Positions 19,310 to 28,365 of a DNA stretch of 64,000 bases are shown here, piece after piece. Both the position numbers and the translations under genes were made by a program. Source of the stretch: Clostridiales bacterium Firm_11 (GTDB lineage Bacteria; Bacillota; Clostridia; Christensenellales; Aristaeellaceae); the NCBI GenBank assembly GCA_001604105.1, contig LVAQ01000011.1, positions 25,640 to 89,639 on the forward strand. The letters are read 5' to 3'. The notes under the pieces were generated by a model. It was not told the origin of the DNA. It ran no database searches and was given only the letters and a program-made list of their open reading frames with translations. Each line of letters opens with the position of its first letter. The stretch's first letter is position 1.

Positions 19310-20511
19310 GGCAGCAGCTCCCGATATAGATCATAATAGGCGCTTGCGGCATGCATGGCATCAAAACGCTCGGCTTGCGCCAGGCAGGCAGATATCCTCG
19401 CTTGCTTTTGCCCGCACAGTTCTATGGCAGCTTTCGCAAGCGCAGCAACATCACCCTTTGGTACGACAGTTCCGCAATCTTCATTCACACTTTCTGGACA
19501 ACCGCCCGTGGCAAAGGTCGCGACCGGTGTGCCGCAAGCCAGTGCTTCCAGATTAACCATTGGCATATTATCTTCAAGCGTTGGGTTGACAAAGCAATCC
19601 GCTGCGCTGTACCATTTGGCCAGTTCCTGTGGGGATGCGGTATGGGTAATCCCATGAATGCTCTTGGGCAATTCAGCGATCTGCGCCTGACTAAGCCCTA
19701 TGACAACCAGCTTGTAATCGTTTCCAAGCTTCTGCGCAAGCTCCGGCAGCAACGCAATGCCTTTCCGGGGTTCCCATTCGGACGCTACGGCCAGCACCAC
19801 AAAACGCTCCTGAATCCCTTCTTTTTCACGGATATCGCTTTTTTGCGGATAAAACCGCTCGCGGTTAACACCGTTGTAAATAACACGGGCGGGCACATCC
19901 TTGAGGAAGGAATCGCGTAAAAGCGTCTGCAACCATTTGCAGGGCGTCACCAACGTCAAATTCTCCAGCGATGTAAACAGGCGCCGTCTGCGGCGGTGGT
20001 TGCGTTTGCTGCCGTCAAGCCCGATGTTCACAGGGTAGCTCCGTTGTTGCGGGCAATGATAGCATTCGATTTGCCAACGATTACAGTTGGCATAATCAAA
20101 ATACGCGCAATGCCCCGTAAACGGCCAGCAATCATGCAAAGTCCATACCACCGGCATTCCGGCTTTTCGAAGGTACGCAAACAATCGTCTATGGTTAATA
20201 TAACAACCGTGAAGGTTGTGCAGATGAACCAAATCTGGTTTCCATGCTTTACAAAACTCGATCAGTTTGTTTGTGGCGATAACGCTGCCATACCCTTCGC
20301 CATCCAAAAGCTTGCGAAGCATACCATGCCACTTCCGGCCTGGCTTACCGCCGATGCGCAAAGCATACATCTCCGCCTCTGGTGGAACCGACCCTGTGCC
20401 AAACCCAAGGATTGTTTCGGCATTTTGCTTGGCTGCATACTGCGCAATATCCAGCGCAATACGCCCAGTGCTTCCACTGCCTGCGTAGGTGTTAAGCGCC
20501 AGTATTCTCAT
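19306..20511 (-). CDS. Glycosyltransferase family 4
   Basis: 401 aa. MRILALNTYAGSGSTGRIA...NPTLEDNMPMVNLEALACGTPV (E-x7-E type motif). Confidence 0.8.
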   Translation of the reverse strand: MRILALNTYAGSGSTGRIALDIAQYAAKQNAETILGFGTGSVPPEAEMYALRIGGKPGRKWHGMLRKLLDGEGYGSVIATNKLIEFCKAWKPDLVHLHNLHGCYINHRRLFAYLRKAGMPVVWTLHDCWPFTGHCAYFDYANCNRWQIECYHCPQQRSYPVNIGLDGSKRNHRRRRRLFTSLENLTLVTPCKWLQTLLRDSFLKDVPARVIYNGVNRERFYPQKSDIREKEGIQERFVVLAVASEWEPRKGIALLPELAQKLGNDYKLVVIGLSQAQIAELPKSIHGITHTASPQELAKWYSAADCFVNPTLEDNMPMVNLEALACGTPVATFATGGCPESVNEDCGTVVPKGDVAALAKAAIELCGQKQARISACLAQAERFDAMHAASAYYDLYRELLP

Positions 20512-21703
20512 ACGAATCCTCCGCCAATGTATGGAGCAGCTTTTCTAGCTTATCCATATGTATCTGTTTGGTAAAGTGCTGTTCATAATATGCACGCGCA
20601 TTATTCCCAAGCACAGCCTTATCCGGCAGCGCCAGGAAGGCGCGCACCACCTCGGCAAACGCCTGCGCATCTTCGGGCGGCGCACAGAAGCCGCAAGCAG
20701 CTTCTGCGATGATTATCGGCGTTTCTCCCGCAATGGAGCCAAGAATGGGTTTGCCCGCTGCCATATAGCTTTGTACTTTACCGGGCAGCGTGTCATTCAC
20801 GCTCTCATCATATTTCATGCTTACCAGCATGGCATCCGCAAGGGCATAAAACGCGGGCATCTGTTCCAGCGGTTTACGGCCATGAAAGGTGAGCATGTCA
20901 TCAATCTTCAGCGTTTCGGCAAGTTCCAGGCAGGCCGCATAGTTAGACCCGTCACCCACAATGTGAAAATGTAACGCTTCCCCTTTCAGCAGCGCCGCAG
21001 ACCGCAGAAGGGTTTCTACGCTTTGCACCTTGCCAATGTTGCCCGCGAAAACAAGGTGCGTGATGTGGCTATCTCCCTTTTCCGGAAGGGTTTCAAACAG
21101 GCTGTCCGCAAATTGCGGCAGGTAGTGCGTATCAGGGACGGTTATGCCGTGTACCCTTTGCAGATACCCTTGAAATTGTTTGGAAGAGTACACCAGCATA
21201 TCGGCTTTGCCATAGATCCATCGGCTGACGCGCTTCATGAAAGCATAGAGCATCGAACCCTCATACACATGCATTGCCGCAAGGCAAGCCGGCCAAATAT
21301 CCAGCACATCGATCATAAGCTTTTTCCTGCTCACACAGCGAAGCAGCGCCGCCGGAAGGGACATTAGCACCGGCGAAGTGGAATAGGCATACACGACATC
21401 ATAATCCCGGGGAAGCAGCATGATCGTAAGGCTGGCGGAAAGCATATAACTGCAATAGTTAATGGCAAGTCCCAATTTGGTGTTTCGCCTGCCAATTTCA
21501 AAGCACCTGTGTACGTTGACGCCGTTGATTGTTTCTCTGCGCTTTCTGAACCACTTGTATTCCTTGGGTACGATACCGCTTGGGTAATTGGGTAAACCTA
21601 CCAGTGCGGTTACTGTGTGCCCCCGCGTAACCAGATCTTCGCAGATTTCCGTGATACGAAACGCCTCAGGCCAGTAATGCTGACAAACCACTAGGATTTT
21701 CAT
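20492..21703 (-). CDS. Glycosyltransferase family 4 (WcaI-like)
   Basis: ORF 20492..21832 trimmed to ATG 21703 (GGAG SD). MKILVVCQHYWPEAFRITEICEDL. Confidence 0.8.
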   Translation of the reverse strand: MKILVVCQHYWPEAFRITEICEDLVTRGHTVTALVGLPNYPSGIVPKEYKWFRKRRETINGVNVHRCFEIGRRNTKLGLAINYCSYMLSASLTIMLLPRDYDVVYAYSTSPVLMSLPAALLRCVSRKKLMIDVLDIWPACLAAMHVYEGSMLYAFMKRVSRWIYGKADMLVYSSKQFQGYLQRVHGITVPDTHYLPQFADSLFETLPEKGDSHITHLVFAGNIGKVQSVETLLRSAALLKGEALHFHIVGDGSNYAACLELAETLKIDDMLTFHGRKPLEQMPAFYALADAMLVSMKYDESVNDTLPGKVQSYMAAGKPILGSIAGETPIIIAEAACGFCAPPEDAQAFAEVVRAFLALPDKAVLGNNARAYYEQHFTKQIHMDKLEKLLHTLAEDSYENTGA

Positions 21704-21716
21704 GCTATGCTCCGCT

Positions 21717-23030
21717 TCACGCTTGCTTGGAAAGCCGTGTGCGCATCTCATGCGCGCCCTGTTCGGCTTGTGCAAGGAGCTGTTGACGGTTAAGGGTGGT
21801 AAACACACCGTCACGATACAGAATTTTACCATCCACCATGGTCAAACGCACATCACTGCCCTGCGCAGCATAGATTAAGTTGGCCTCCAAATCGATCGTC
21901 GGCGCCATATGCGGCACTTGCAGATCCAGAAGAATCAGATCAGCCAAGTACCCTGGTTTAAGCAAGCCCAGGTCATCATACCCAATCGCTTTGGCACCCA
22001 CTACGGTTGCCGCAGCGAACGTTTCGGCAGGGCTAACCACAAGCGGATCAAGCATATTCCCTTTTTGCAGCATGGGCATAAGCTTGATTTCCTCCCACAG
22101 GTTCAGGTTATTGTTGCTGGCAACGCCATCCGTGCCCAGAGCAACCTTGCAGCCTTGCTTGAGCATCTTCGCAATGGGCGCAATGCCGCTGGCTAGTTTT
22201 AGATTGCTGATGGGATTATGCGCGATGGTCACGCCGTGTTTTTGAAAAATCTCAATATCTGCATCATTGAACCATACGCAGTGTGCCGCAATCACCGGCC
22301 CATCCAATAAACCAATCTGTTCAAGGTATGCGGGCGGCGTTGCGCCTCGGCGCTTGATGCATCCCTGCAAATCAAAATCCGTTTCACTCACGTGCGTATG
22401 CACAACGAGACCCATGCTTTTTGCGGTTTGCGCTACTTTGCGCAACAACGTCGGCGTTGTGGCGCCTTCGCTGTGCGGCGCAAGTGAAAAACGGATACGG
22501 TCGTTCGCGCCATGGTGCCATTTTTCCGCCATGCGTACGCCCTCTACCATATCGGCACAGCTTTCATCAAAATCGACGATACCGTGACCCAGCAGCGCAC
22601 GCATGCCGTTTTGTTTCACGACTTCGGCGATCTCATCCGTATAGAAGTACATATCGTTAAAGGTGGTGGTGCCAAAGCGGATCATCTCCATGCAGCCCAA
22701 ATCGGTTGCCGTGCGGATGAGCTGCGCGTCCCACTGTTTCTCCAAAGGAAAAATCGCTTTGTGGAGCCAGTCGTCAAGCGACAAATCTCCCCCTACACTG
22801 CGCAGGTATGTCATCGGCGTATGGGTATGCAGATTCACAAGGCCAGGCATGCACAGGCAACCGGAACCATCAATGGTTTCATCCTCAACAAATGGAGGCG
22901 CATTCGCTGCTTCCCCCGCATATTCAATACGGTTACCCACTACATGAACCTCTGCATGATCAATAAAGGGAATATGTGCCTGCCCTTGGACGCCTGGCGT
23001 CAGGGTTATGTTTGTGATGCGCGTGCGCAT
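21717..23030 (-). CDS. mtaD: Amidohydrolase, probable 5-methylthioadenosine/S-adenosylhomocysteine deaminase
   Basis: 437 aa. GLVNLHTHTPMTYLRS...HVSET...HCVW...GTDG metal-ligand pattern of the MtaD/SsnA group. Confidence 0.8.
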   Translation of the reverse strand: MRTRITNITLTPGVQGQAHIPFIDHAEVHVVGNRIEYAGEAANAPPFVEDETIDGSGCLCMPGLVNLHTHTPMTYLRSVGGDLSLDDWLHKAIFPLEKQWDAQLIRTATDLGCMEMIRFGTTTFNDMYFYTDEIAEVVKQNGMRALLGHGIVDFDESCADMVEGVRMAEKWHHGANDRIRFSLAPHSEGATTPTLLRKVAQTAKSMGLVVHTHVSETDFDLQGCIKRRGATPPAYLEQIGLLDGPVIAAHCVWFNDADIEIFQKHGVTIAHNPISNLKLASGIAPIAKMLKQGCKVALGTDGVASNNNLNLWEEIKLMPMLQKGNMLDPLVVSPAETFAAATVVGAKAIGYDDLGLLKPGYLADLILLDLQVPHMAPTIDLEANLIYAAQGSDVRLTMVDGKILYRDGVFTTLNRQQLLAQAEQGAHEMRTRLSKQA

Positions 23031-23175
23031 AGGCTAGCCCTCCTCATTTTCTACCGGAAAACAGGCTCATTATAGCACGCTTTCCAAACCGTAGCAAATG
23101 CTTCGCATCAAAACGAGAGGCAGGAACAGCTGGTTTGGGGTGCTGTTCGCAAGGACGAACCGCGGGGAAAACCGC

Positions 23176-23204
23176 TTGACATTCATATGTGAATCCAGTA
23201 CGAT
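23176..23204 (+). promoter_or_regulatory. Candidate promoter of the GH65 gene
   Basis: -35 TTGACA (23176-23181), 17-bp spacer, -10 TACGAT (23199-23204). Confidence 0.4.
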
Positions 23205-23215
23205 AAAGAAAATTA

Positions 23216-23229
23216 CGCAAACGATTGCG
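23216..23229 (+). promoter_or_regulatory. LacI-family/cre-like palindromic operator
   Basis: CGCAAACGATTGCG has perfect 5-bp arms around a central CG. It lies between the -10 and the ATG of the GH65 gene. Confidence 0.45.
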
Positions 23230-23249
23230 CAAACAGGGAGGGCCTTACC

Positions 23250-25511
23250 ATGGCATTTGAAGTGCATCCTTGGAAGGTTGTTGAAAAGGGCTTAGAGCCT
23301 GAAAATGCTCGCTTTGCTGAAAGCCTTACTGCAACAGGCAACGGCTATATGGGCATGCGCGGCAACTTTGAAGAAGACTACACCGGTGATACGCACATCG
23401 GCACCTACATCGGCGGCGTTTGGTATCCGGATAAAACGCGCGTCGGATGGTGGAAGAATGGTTATCCCCAGTATTTTGGTAAATCCATCAACGCAGTACG
23501 CCTCATGGGCATCCATGTATCAATTGACGGCACGCCACTGGATCTGCATACCTGTGATGTGAGCGAGTACTATCGCGAGCTGGATTTGCACACCGGCGTT
23601 GTGTTGCGCACCTTTACGGTTAAAACAGCCAAGGGTTCGGCGCGTGTGGAAGTTGAGCGGTTTGTTTCATTATCGCAAAAGGAGTTGCTCTGTGTTGCCT
23701 ACACCGTCACGCCGGATCATCAAGCATATATCGAAATGCGGCCGTATTTGGATGCGCGGGTGCACAACCTGGACAGCAACTACAACGAGACCTTCTGGGA
23801 TATGCTTGCACAAGAAGAAACCGAAGATAGCATTGGACTGTTGACCAAAACCAAGGAGAACCCCTTTGATACGCCCCGTTTTAGCGTCGCAGCAGCCATG
23901 AGCTGCTGGGCGGATGATTTGGATCCACAGGCGCGCATAATCCATGACGGCTATGTAGAAGCCGTTTATGCTGGAACCGTTGCTGCCAATACGGCTGCCC
24001 GGCTAGAAAAGTATGTGCTATGCTTCACCAGTCGTGACCACGCCGAGAATCTCCTGATGACGCTTGCGTTACGCGCGGCTTCTCATGCGCGGGATACAGG
24101 TTTTGCTTCGCTGCTTTCCGCGCATAGAAACGCCTGGCGTGCCCGTTGGGAGGCTTGCGATGTGGTGATCGAGGGTGATGATCGCGCACAGCAGGGTATT
24201 CGCTTCAATCTGTTTCAGCTGTTAAGCACCTATTCCGGTGATGACGCGCGCCTGAACATTGGCCCCAAAGGCTTTACTGGAGAGAAATACGGCGGCGCAA
24301 CCTATTGGGACACAGAAGCATTCTGTCTGCCGGTGTACATGGCCATCGCAGGGCAGGATGTGGCGCGTCAATTGCTGCTTTATCGCCATATGCAGTTGCC
24401 CGGCGCATACCACAACGCGCAAATGCTTGGCCTCAAGGGCGCATTGTATCCCATGGTTACCTTTACTGGCGTAGAGTGCCATAACGAGTGGGAAATCACG
24501 TTTGAAGAAATCCATCGCAACGGCGCCATCGCTTATGCGATTTTCAACTACACAACCTATACTGGCGACGAACGATACCTGTTGCAGGAAGGGCTGGATG
24601 TACTCTGCGGCATTGCCCGCTTTTATAAGGATCGCGTACACTTCTCAACCCGTACCGGCAGTTATATGCTCCATGGTGTAACGGGACCCAATGAGTATGA
24701 GAATAACGTGAACAACAACTGGTATACAAACCGCATAGCCGCGTGGAGCATCCAGTACTTTTATCAAACCTGCCAAAAAGCAACGCCCGAAAGGCTTCAA
24801 CTGCTTGCTGTTACGGCTGATGAACTGGCGCATATGCGCGATGTTGTGGCGCGAATGTATTATCCAGAGGATGCGCAACTGGGTATCTACCTTCAGCAGG
24901 ATACCTTTTTGGATAAGGACATACGGCCAGCCGCAAGCATTCCGCCTGCAGAGCGACCCATCAATAAGCATTGGTCGTGGGATCGAATCCTGCGCAGCTG
25001 CTTTATCAAGCAGGCGGATGTGCTACAGGGGCTTTACTTCTTAGGCCACCTGTACAGCGAAGATGTCAAACGCCGCAACTTCGATTTCTATGAGCCGCTC
25101 ACAGTGCACGAAAGCAGTCTGTCGCCATGTTTGCATTCCATCCTGGCGGCAGAGCTCGGCTATCGCGAAAAGGCCATGGAGATGTATCAGCGTACCGCAA
25201 GGCTTGATTTGGATAACATCAACCATGACACGGATGATGGCCTGCATATTACCAGCATGCCCGGCAGCTGGCTTGCCATCACACAGGGTTTTGCTGGCAT
25301 GCGAACCAATGCAGGGTTGCTGCTTAGCCCTTACTTGCCTAAAGAATGGAAGGGTTATAGTTTCCAGTTTGATTACCGCGGACGATCAATTCAGCTTTCC
25401 GTGCGTGAGGGTAGCATGACCATCAAACTGCACAAGGGGTTGCCGCTGGATATTGTGCTTTACGGTGAAATCTGCGTGTTGCAAGATGAGCTTGTACGCT
25501 CACTTGCCTGA
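23250..25511 (+). CDS. Glycoside hydrolase family 65 disaccharide phosphorylase (maltose/kojibiose/trehalose phosphorylase type)
   Basis: 753 aa. WKVVEKGLEPE...ESLTATGNGYMGMRGNFEE N-terminus and TGEKYGGATYWDTE catalytic region. Confidence 0.9.
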   Translation: MAFEVHPWKVVEKGLEPENARFAESLTATGNGYMGMRGNFEEDYTGDTHIGTYIGGVWYPDKTRVGWWKNGYPQYFGKSINAVRLMGIHVSIDGTPLDLHTCDVSEYYRELDLHTGVVLRTFTVKTAKGSARVEVERFVSLSQKELLCVAYTVTPDHQAYIEMRPYLDARVHNLDSNYNETFWDMLAQEETEDSIGLLTKTKENPFDTPRFSVAAAMSCWADDLDPQARIIHDGYVEAVYAGTVAANTAARLEKYVLCFTSRDHAENLLMTLALRAASHARDTGFASLLSAHRNAWRARWEACDVVIEGDDRAQQGIRFNLFQLLSTYSGDDARLNIGPKGFTGEKYGGATYWDTEAFCLPVYMAIAGQDVARQLLLYRHMQLPGAYHNAQMLGLKGALYPMVTFTGVECHNEWEITFEEIHRNGAIAYAIFNYTTYTGDERYLLQEGLDVLCGIARFYKDRVHFSTRTGSYMLHGVTGPNEYENNVNNNWYTNRIAAWSIQYFYQTCQKATPERLQLLAVTADELAHMRDVVARMYYPEDAQLGIYLQQDTFLDKDIRPAASIPPAERPINKHWSWDRILRSCFIKQADVLQGLYFLGHLYSEDVKRRNFDFYEPLTVHESSLSPCLHSILAAELGYREKAMEMYQRTARLDLDNINHDTDDGLHITSMPGSWLAITQGFAGMRTNAGLLLSPYLPKEWKGYSFQFDYRGRSIQLSVREGSMTIKLHKGLPLDIVLYGEICVLQDELVRSLA

Positions 25512-25683
25512 TTCCCAATGCACTTTGCAACGAAGCGATGTGTGCATGATTGCGCATTACACCAGTAACGCACATGGTATTAAGTGCTTCGGCTGGTTTT
25601 GCTGGAGGCGGCTTGAGAAATCCATCGCGACAGCGTAATGATGCTTGAAATGTAACTTGTACGATTATAAGCTGGAAACATTA

Positions 25684-25730
25684 CAAAACAGTTTCAAGCA
25701 GCGCATCGGGCATTGCTTGAAACTGTTTTG
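25684..25730. terminator. Bidirectional terminator between GH65 gene and degV
   Basis: 17-bp perfect stem caaaacagtttcaagca / tgcttgaaactgttttg. Confidence 0.7.
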
Positions 25731-25779
25731 TTATAGAACATAGGAAACGCACAGCATTCCCTTCGTTGGAGGTCGGCGC

Positions 25780-26691
25780 TTATTTGCTTGCTTCCACCAC
25801 ATCTAGGCGTGATGAGCCATCTTTGTCCATAAAGAAGACCGCCACGGTTCCAGGGCCAGCATGTGAGCCAACGATGGGGCCAATCTGCGATATCATAACA
25901 CTGGGGACGCCCAGCTTATGCTTCAGGCGCTCTGCCAGCCAGTTTGCATCTGCTTCGCTATTGCCATGGCTGATGAAAACCGTCTGCTTCTCCGGCTCTA
26001 ATGCGGTCTTTTCAACCTGTTCAAACAACGCTTTCAAGCTGTGCTTGCGCCCCTGTACTTTCATGCGCGGTACCAGACGGCCTTTGGGATCGACGTTCAG
26101 AACAGGTTTGATTTTGAGGATGCTACCCAGTGCGGCGCTGGTGGCGGTCAGGCGCCCGCCGCGCGCCAGAAAATGGAGGTCATCCACCGTAAACCAATGG
26201 ATAACACGCAGCGCGTTCTCGGTAAGCCACTGATAGGTTTCCTCCACGCTATGCCCCGCCTCACGATAGGCGATTGCTTTATCAACCAGCAATCCTTCCC
26301 CAAGGCTGGCACAACGGCTATCAAAGGTGTAGATCTTACGATCGGGATACTTCTCACGCAGTTCTGCTTCCGCTGCTTTGGAGGTAAGGTACATACCGCT
26401 AAGGCTGCTGGAAAGCACAATCAGCAATACATCGTGCCCTTGATCCAGGATGGGCGTCAGGTGTTCCACCCACTCATTTTGATTCACTTGAAAAGTGGTG
26501 GCAACCGCGCCATCCTCCAGTTGCTGATAGAAGGATTTTACCCGCCCCGCCAGCGTTTCATCCGTGAGGTCGATCTCCTGTACATTGCCCGCGATTTGAT
26601 AGCTCATGGGTACGATATGCAAATCCTTCTGCCTCTTTATGTATTCAACGGGCAGGTCAGTACACGCGTCCGTTACGATCCAAAATGACAT
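25780..26691 (-). CDS. DegV family fatty-acid-binding protein
   Basis: 303 aa. IVTDACTDLP...LSSSLSGMY...ISHGNSEADA pattern. Confidence 0.9.
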   Translation of the reverse strand: MSFWIVTDACTDLPVEYIKRQKDLHIVPMSYQIAGNVQEIDLTDETLAGRVKSFYQQLEDGAVATTFQVNQNEWVEHLTPILDQGHDVLLIVLSSSLSGMYLTSKAAEAELREKYPDRKIYTFDSRCASLGEGLLVDKAIAYREAGHSVEETYQWLTENALRVIHWFTVDDLHFLARGGRLTATSAALGSILKIKPVLNVDPKGRLVPRMKVQGRKHSLKALFEQVEKTALEPEKQTVFISHGNSEADANWLAERLKHKLGVPSVMISQIGPIVGSHAGPGTVAVFFMDKDGSSRLDVVEASK

Positions 26692-26950
26692 TCATATTCC
26701 TCCTTATGCTTGAGTTGGCTAACGTTGCCACTACTTGATGCAGATACTATCATAACAAAAAGTAGTTAGTACGTCAATGTAATTTATGATACCATTATTG
26801 GAAGGGTTATGAAACCAAATCAGAGAATTATCTCATGAGATTCTCATCAAAGCGTCACCCCATTCTCAAGCATATTTGTCCAAACCGTGCTATGATAACC
26901 ATGTTGAAACGCAACCAAGGATATGAACTCTGTTGAAGGAGGCAAAACCC

Positions 26951-27592
26951 ATGGCACAGTATACGATTGAAGATATTGAGATTCTGCGTCAAAAAAGTGG
27001 CATCTCCTATGAGGAAGCTGTAAACCTGCTGACGTACCATAACGGATCGCTGGCACGCTCGCTGGTCGATTTGGAGAAGAACGGCCGCATCCTGGACGCA
27101 AAAGCCACAGCCCAAAACTACGGCCATAGAGGCCGCGGGCATCACCTGTTCAACCGCCTCTATCGTACGCGGTTTACCATTTTTAAAGGCGATATCACGA
27201 TACTGAACATCTCCATGCTCTTTATGATCTTTTCCGTGCTGGTCGCAGGCTGGCTTGTGCTGTCCGGCGTGCTTGTGGCGCTGCTGATGGGCTATCGCAT
27301 GCGCGTAGTACGCAACAGCAGCGTCTTTGCAAGGGAATCGCTGGAAAGCATCATCCAAAGAGCCGGGGATAATGTCAAGGCCACCGTGCAAACCATCACC
27401 AAAGAGATAAATGCAAAGCCCAAAGCGGACAATTCCCAGACGCAGCCGGATGACAGCGCCGCGTTTACCCCGGAAATGCGCAGTGAAAGCCCCGCAAGCG
27501 GCACAACACCCGTCAATGTACAGTTTTCCGAAGATGGCAACATTCGCGTCAGGGAAAACGTCGATGGATTCCACGAGGCGGAGATCCAGTAG
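26951..27592 (+). CDS. UBA/EF-Ts-N-like + DUF4342-like membrane protein
   Basis: ORF 26933..27592 trimmed to ATG 26951 after GAAGGAGG. MAQYTIEDIEILRQKSGISYEEAVNLLTYHNGSLARSLVDLEKNG, then FTIFKGDITILNISMLFMIFSVLVAGWLVL. Confidence 0.6.
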   Translation: MAQYTIEDIEILRQKSGISYEEAVNLLTYHNGSLARSLVDLEKNGRILDAKATAQNYGHRGRGHHLFNRLYRTRFTIFKGDITILNISMLFMIFSVLVAGWLVLSGVLVALLMGYRMRVVRNSSVFARESLESIIQRAGDNVKATVQTITKEINAKPKADNSQTQPDDSAAFTPEMRSESPASGTTPVNVQFSEDGNIRVRENVDGFHEAEIQ

Positions 27593-27610
27593 GTTCACTT
27601 TTGCAACAAC

Positions 27611-27647
27611 TCCTTTCGGCGCACCCTGTCGCCGAAAGGAATTTTCT
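27611..27647 (+). terminator. Terminator after the DUF4342-like gene
   Basis: 11-bp stem tcctttcggcg / cgccgaaagga followed by attttct. An extended -10 (TGcTATACT, 27647-27655) for the two-component operon follows directly. Confidence 0.65.
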
Positions 27648-27681
27648 GCTATACTGTTGCCGTATCGGAGGGCATGTACAC

Positions 27682-28365
27682 ATGAGCAAAATCCTGATCG
27701 TGGAAGACGAAACCAAGATTGCGCGTTTCGTAGAGCTGGAGCTTAAGCATGAGGGCTATGAGGTGCAAACAGCTTTTGATGGGCGCAGCGGCCTGAGCAT
27801 GTGCGAGAGCTGGCAGCCTGATCTGCTTATTCTCGATTTGATGCTGCCGGAACTCAGCGGTATCGAAGTGTGCCGTAGATTGCGCCAGCAAAGCGATATC
27901 CCCATTATCATGCTCACAGCCAAGGATGATGTGAGCGATAAGGTCATGGGGCTGGATATGGGCGCCGATGATTATATGACCAAGCCCTTTGCCATCGAAG
28001 AGCTTTTGGCGCGTATTCGCGTTGCGCTCAAGAAGCATCGCGGGGATATCAGCCAAACCAGCGGGGTACTCAGCGCGGGATTGCTCAAGTTAGAGCCTGC
28101 CAGTTATTCCACGAGCTTTTCAGGCGAATCAATCGCGCTGACCAAGAAGGAATTTGATTTGCTGCACTACCTATGGCAGCATGAACACACCGCAATATCC
28201 CGGGACGAGTTGCTGGAAAACGTATGGGGTTATGATTTTGCCGGTGATACGAACATCGTGGATGTGTACATTCGCTATCTGCGTCAAAAAATCGATGATC
28301 GTTATGCCATTAAAACCATCCATACCATCCGTGCCGTCGGGTACATGTTCCGTTATGAGCATTAA
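27682..28365 (+). CDS. OmpR-family response regulator
   Basis: ORF trimmed to ATG 27682. MSKILIVEDE...DLLILDLMLP...TAKD receiver domain plus a winged-helix C-domain. Confidence 0.92.
   Translation: MSKILIVEDETKIARFVELELKHEGYEVQTAFDGRSGLSMCESWQPDLLILDLMLPELSGIEVCRRLRQQSDIPIIMLTAKDDVSDKVMGLDMGADDYMTKPFAIEELLARIRVALKKHRGDISQTSGVLSAGLLKLEPASYSTSFSGESIALTKKEFDLLHYLWQHEHTAISRDELLENVWGYDFAGDTNIVDVYIRYLRQKIDDRYAIKTIHTIRAVGYMFRYEH

Noticed and set aside
22981-23040. In my reading of the printed line starting at 22981 there is one extra C at its first position and one C missing at its end. This is relative to what the supplied translations of ORFs 21717..23030 (minus) and 22512..23075 (plus) require. 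Read literally, it would frameshift the first 17 codons of mtaD.
   Set aside because: Both supplied ORF translations agree with each other. The net offset is zero within one 60-nt line, and all coordinates checked on either side are consistent. I treat it as a display or reading artefact rather than a real frameshift. It is worth a direct string check.
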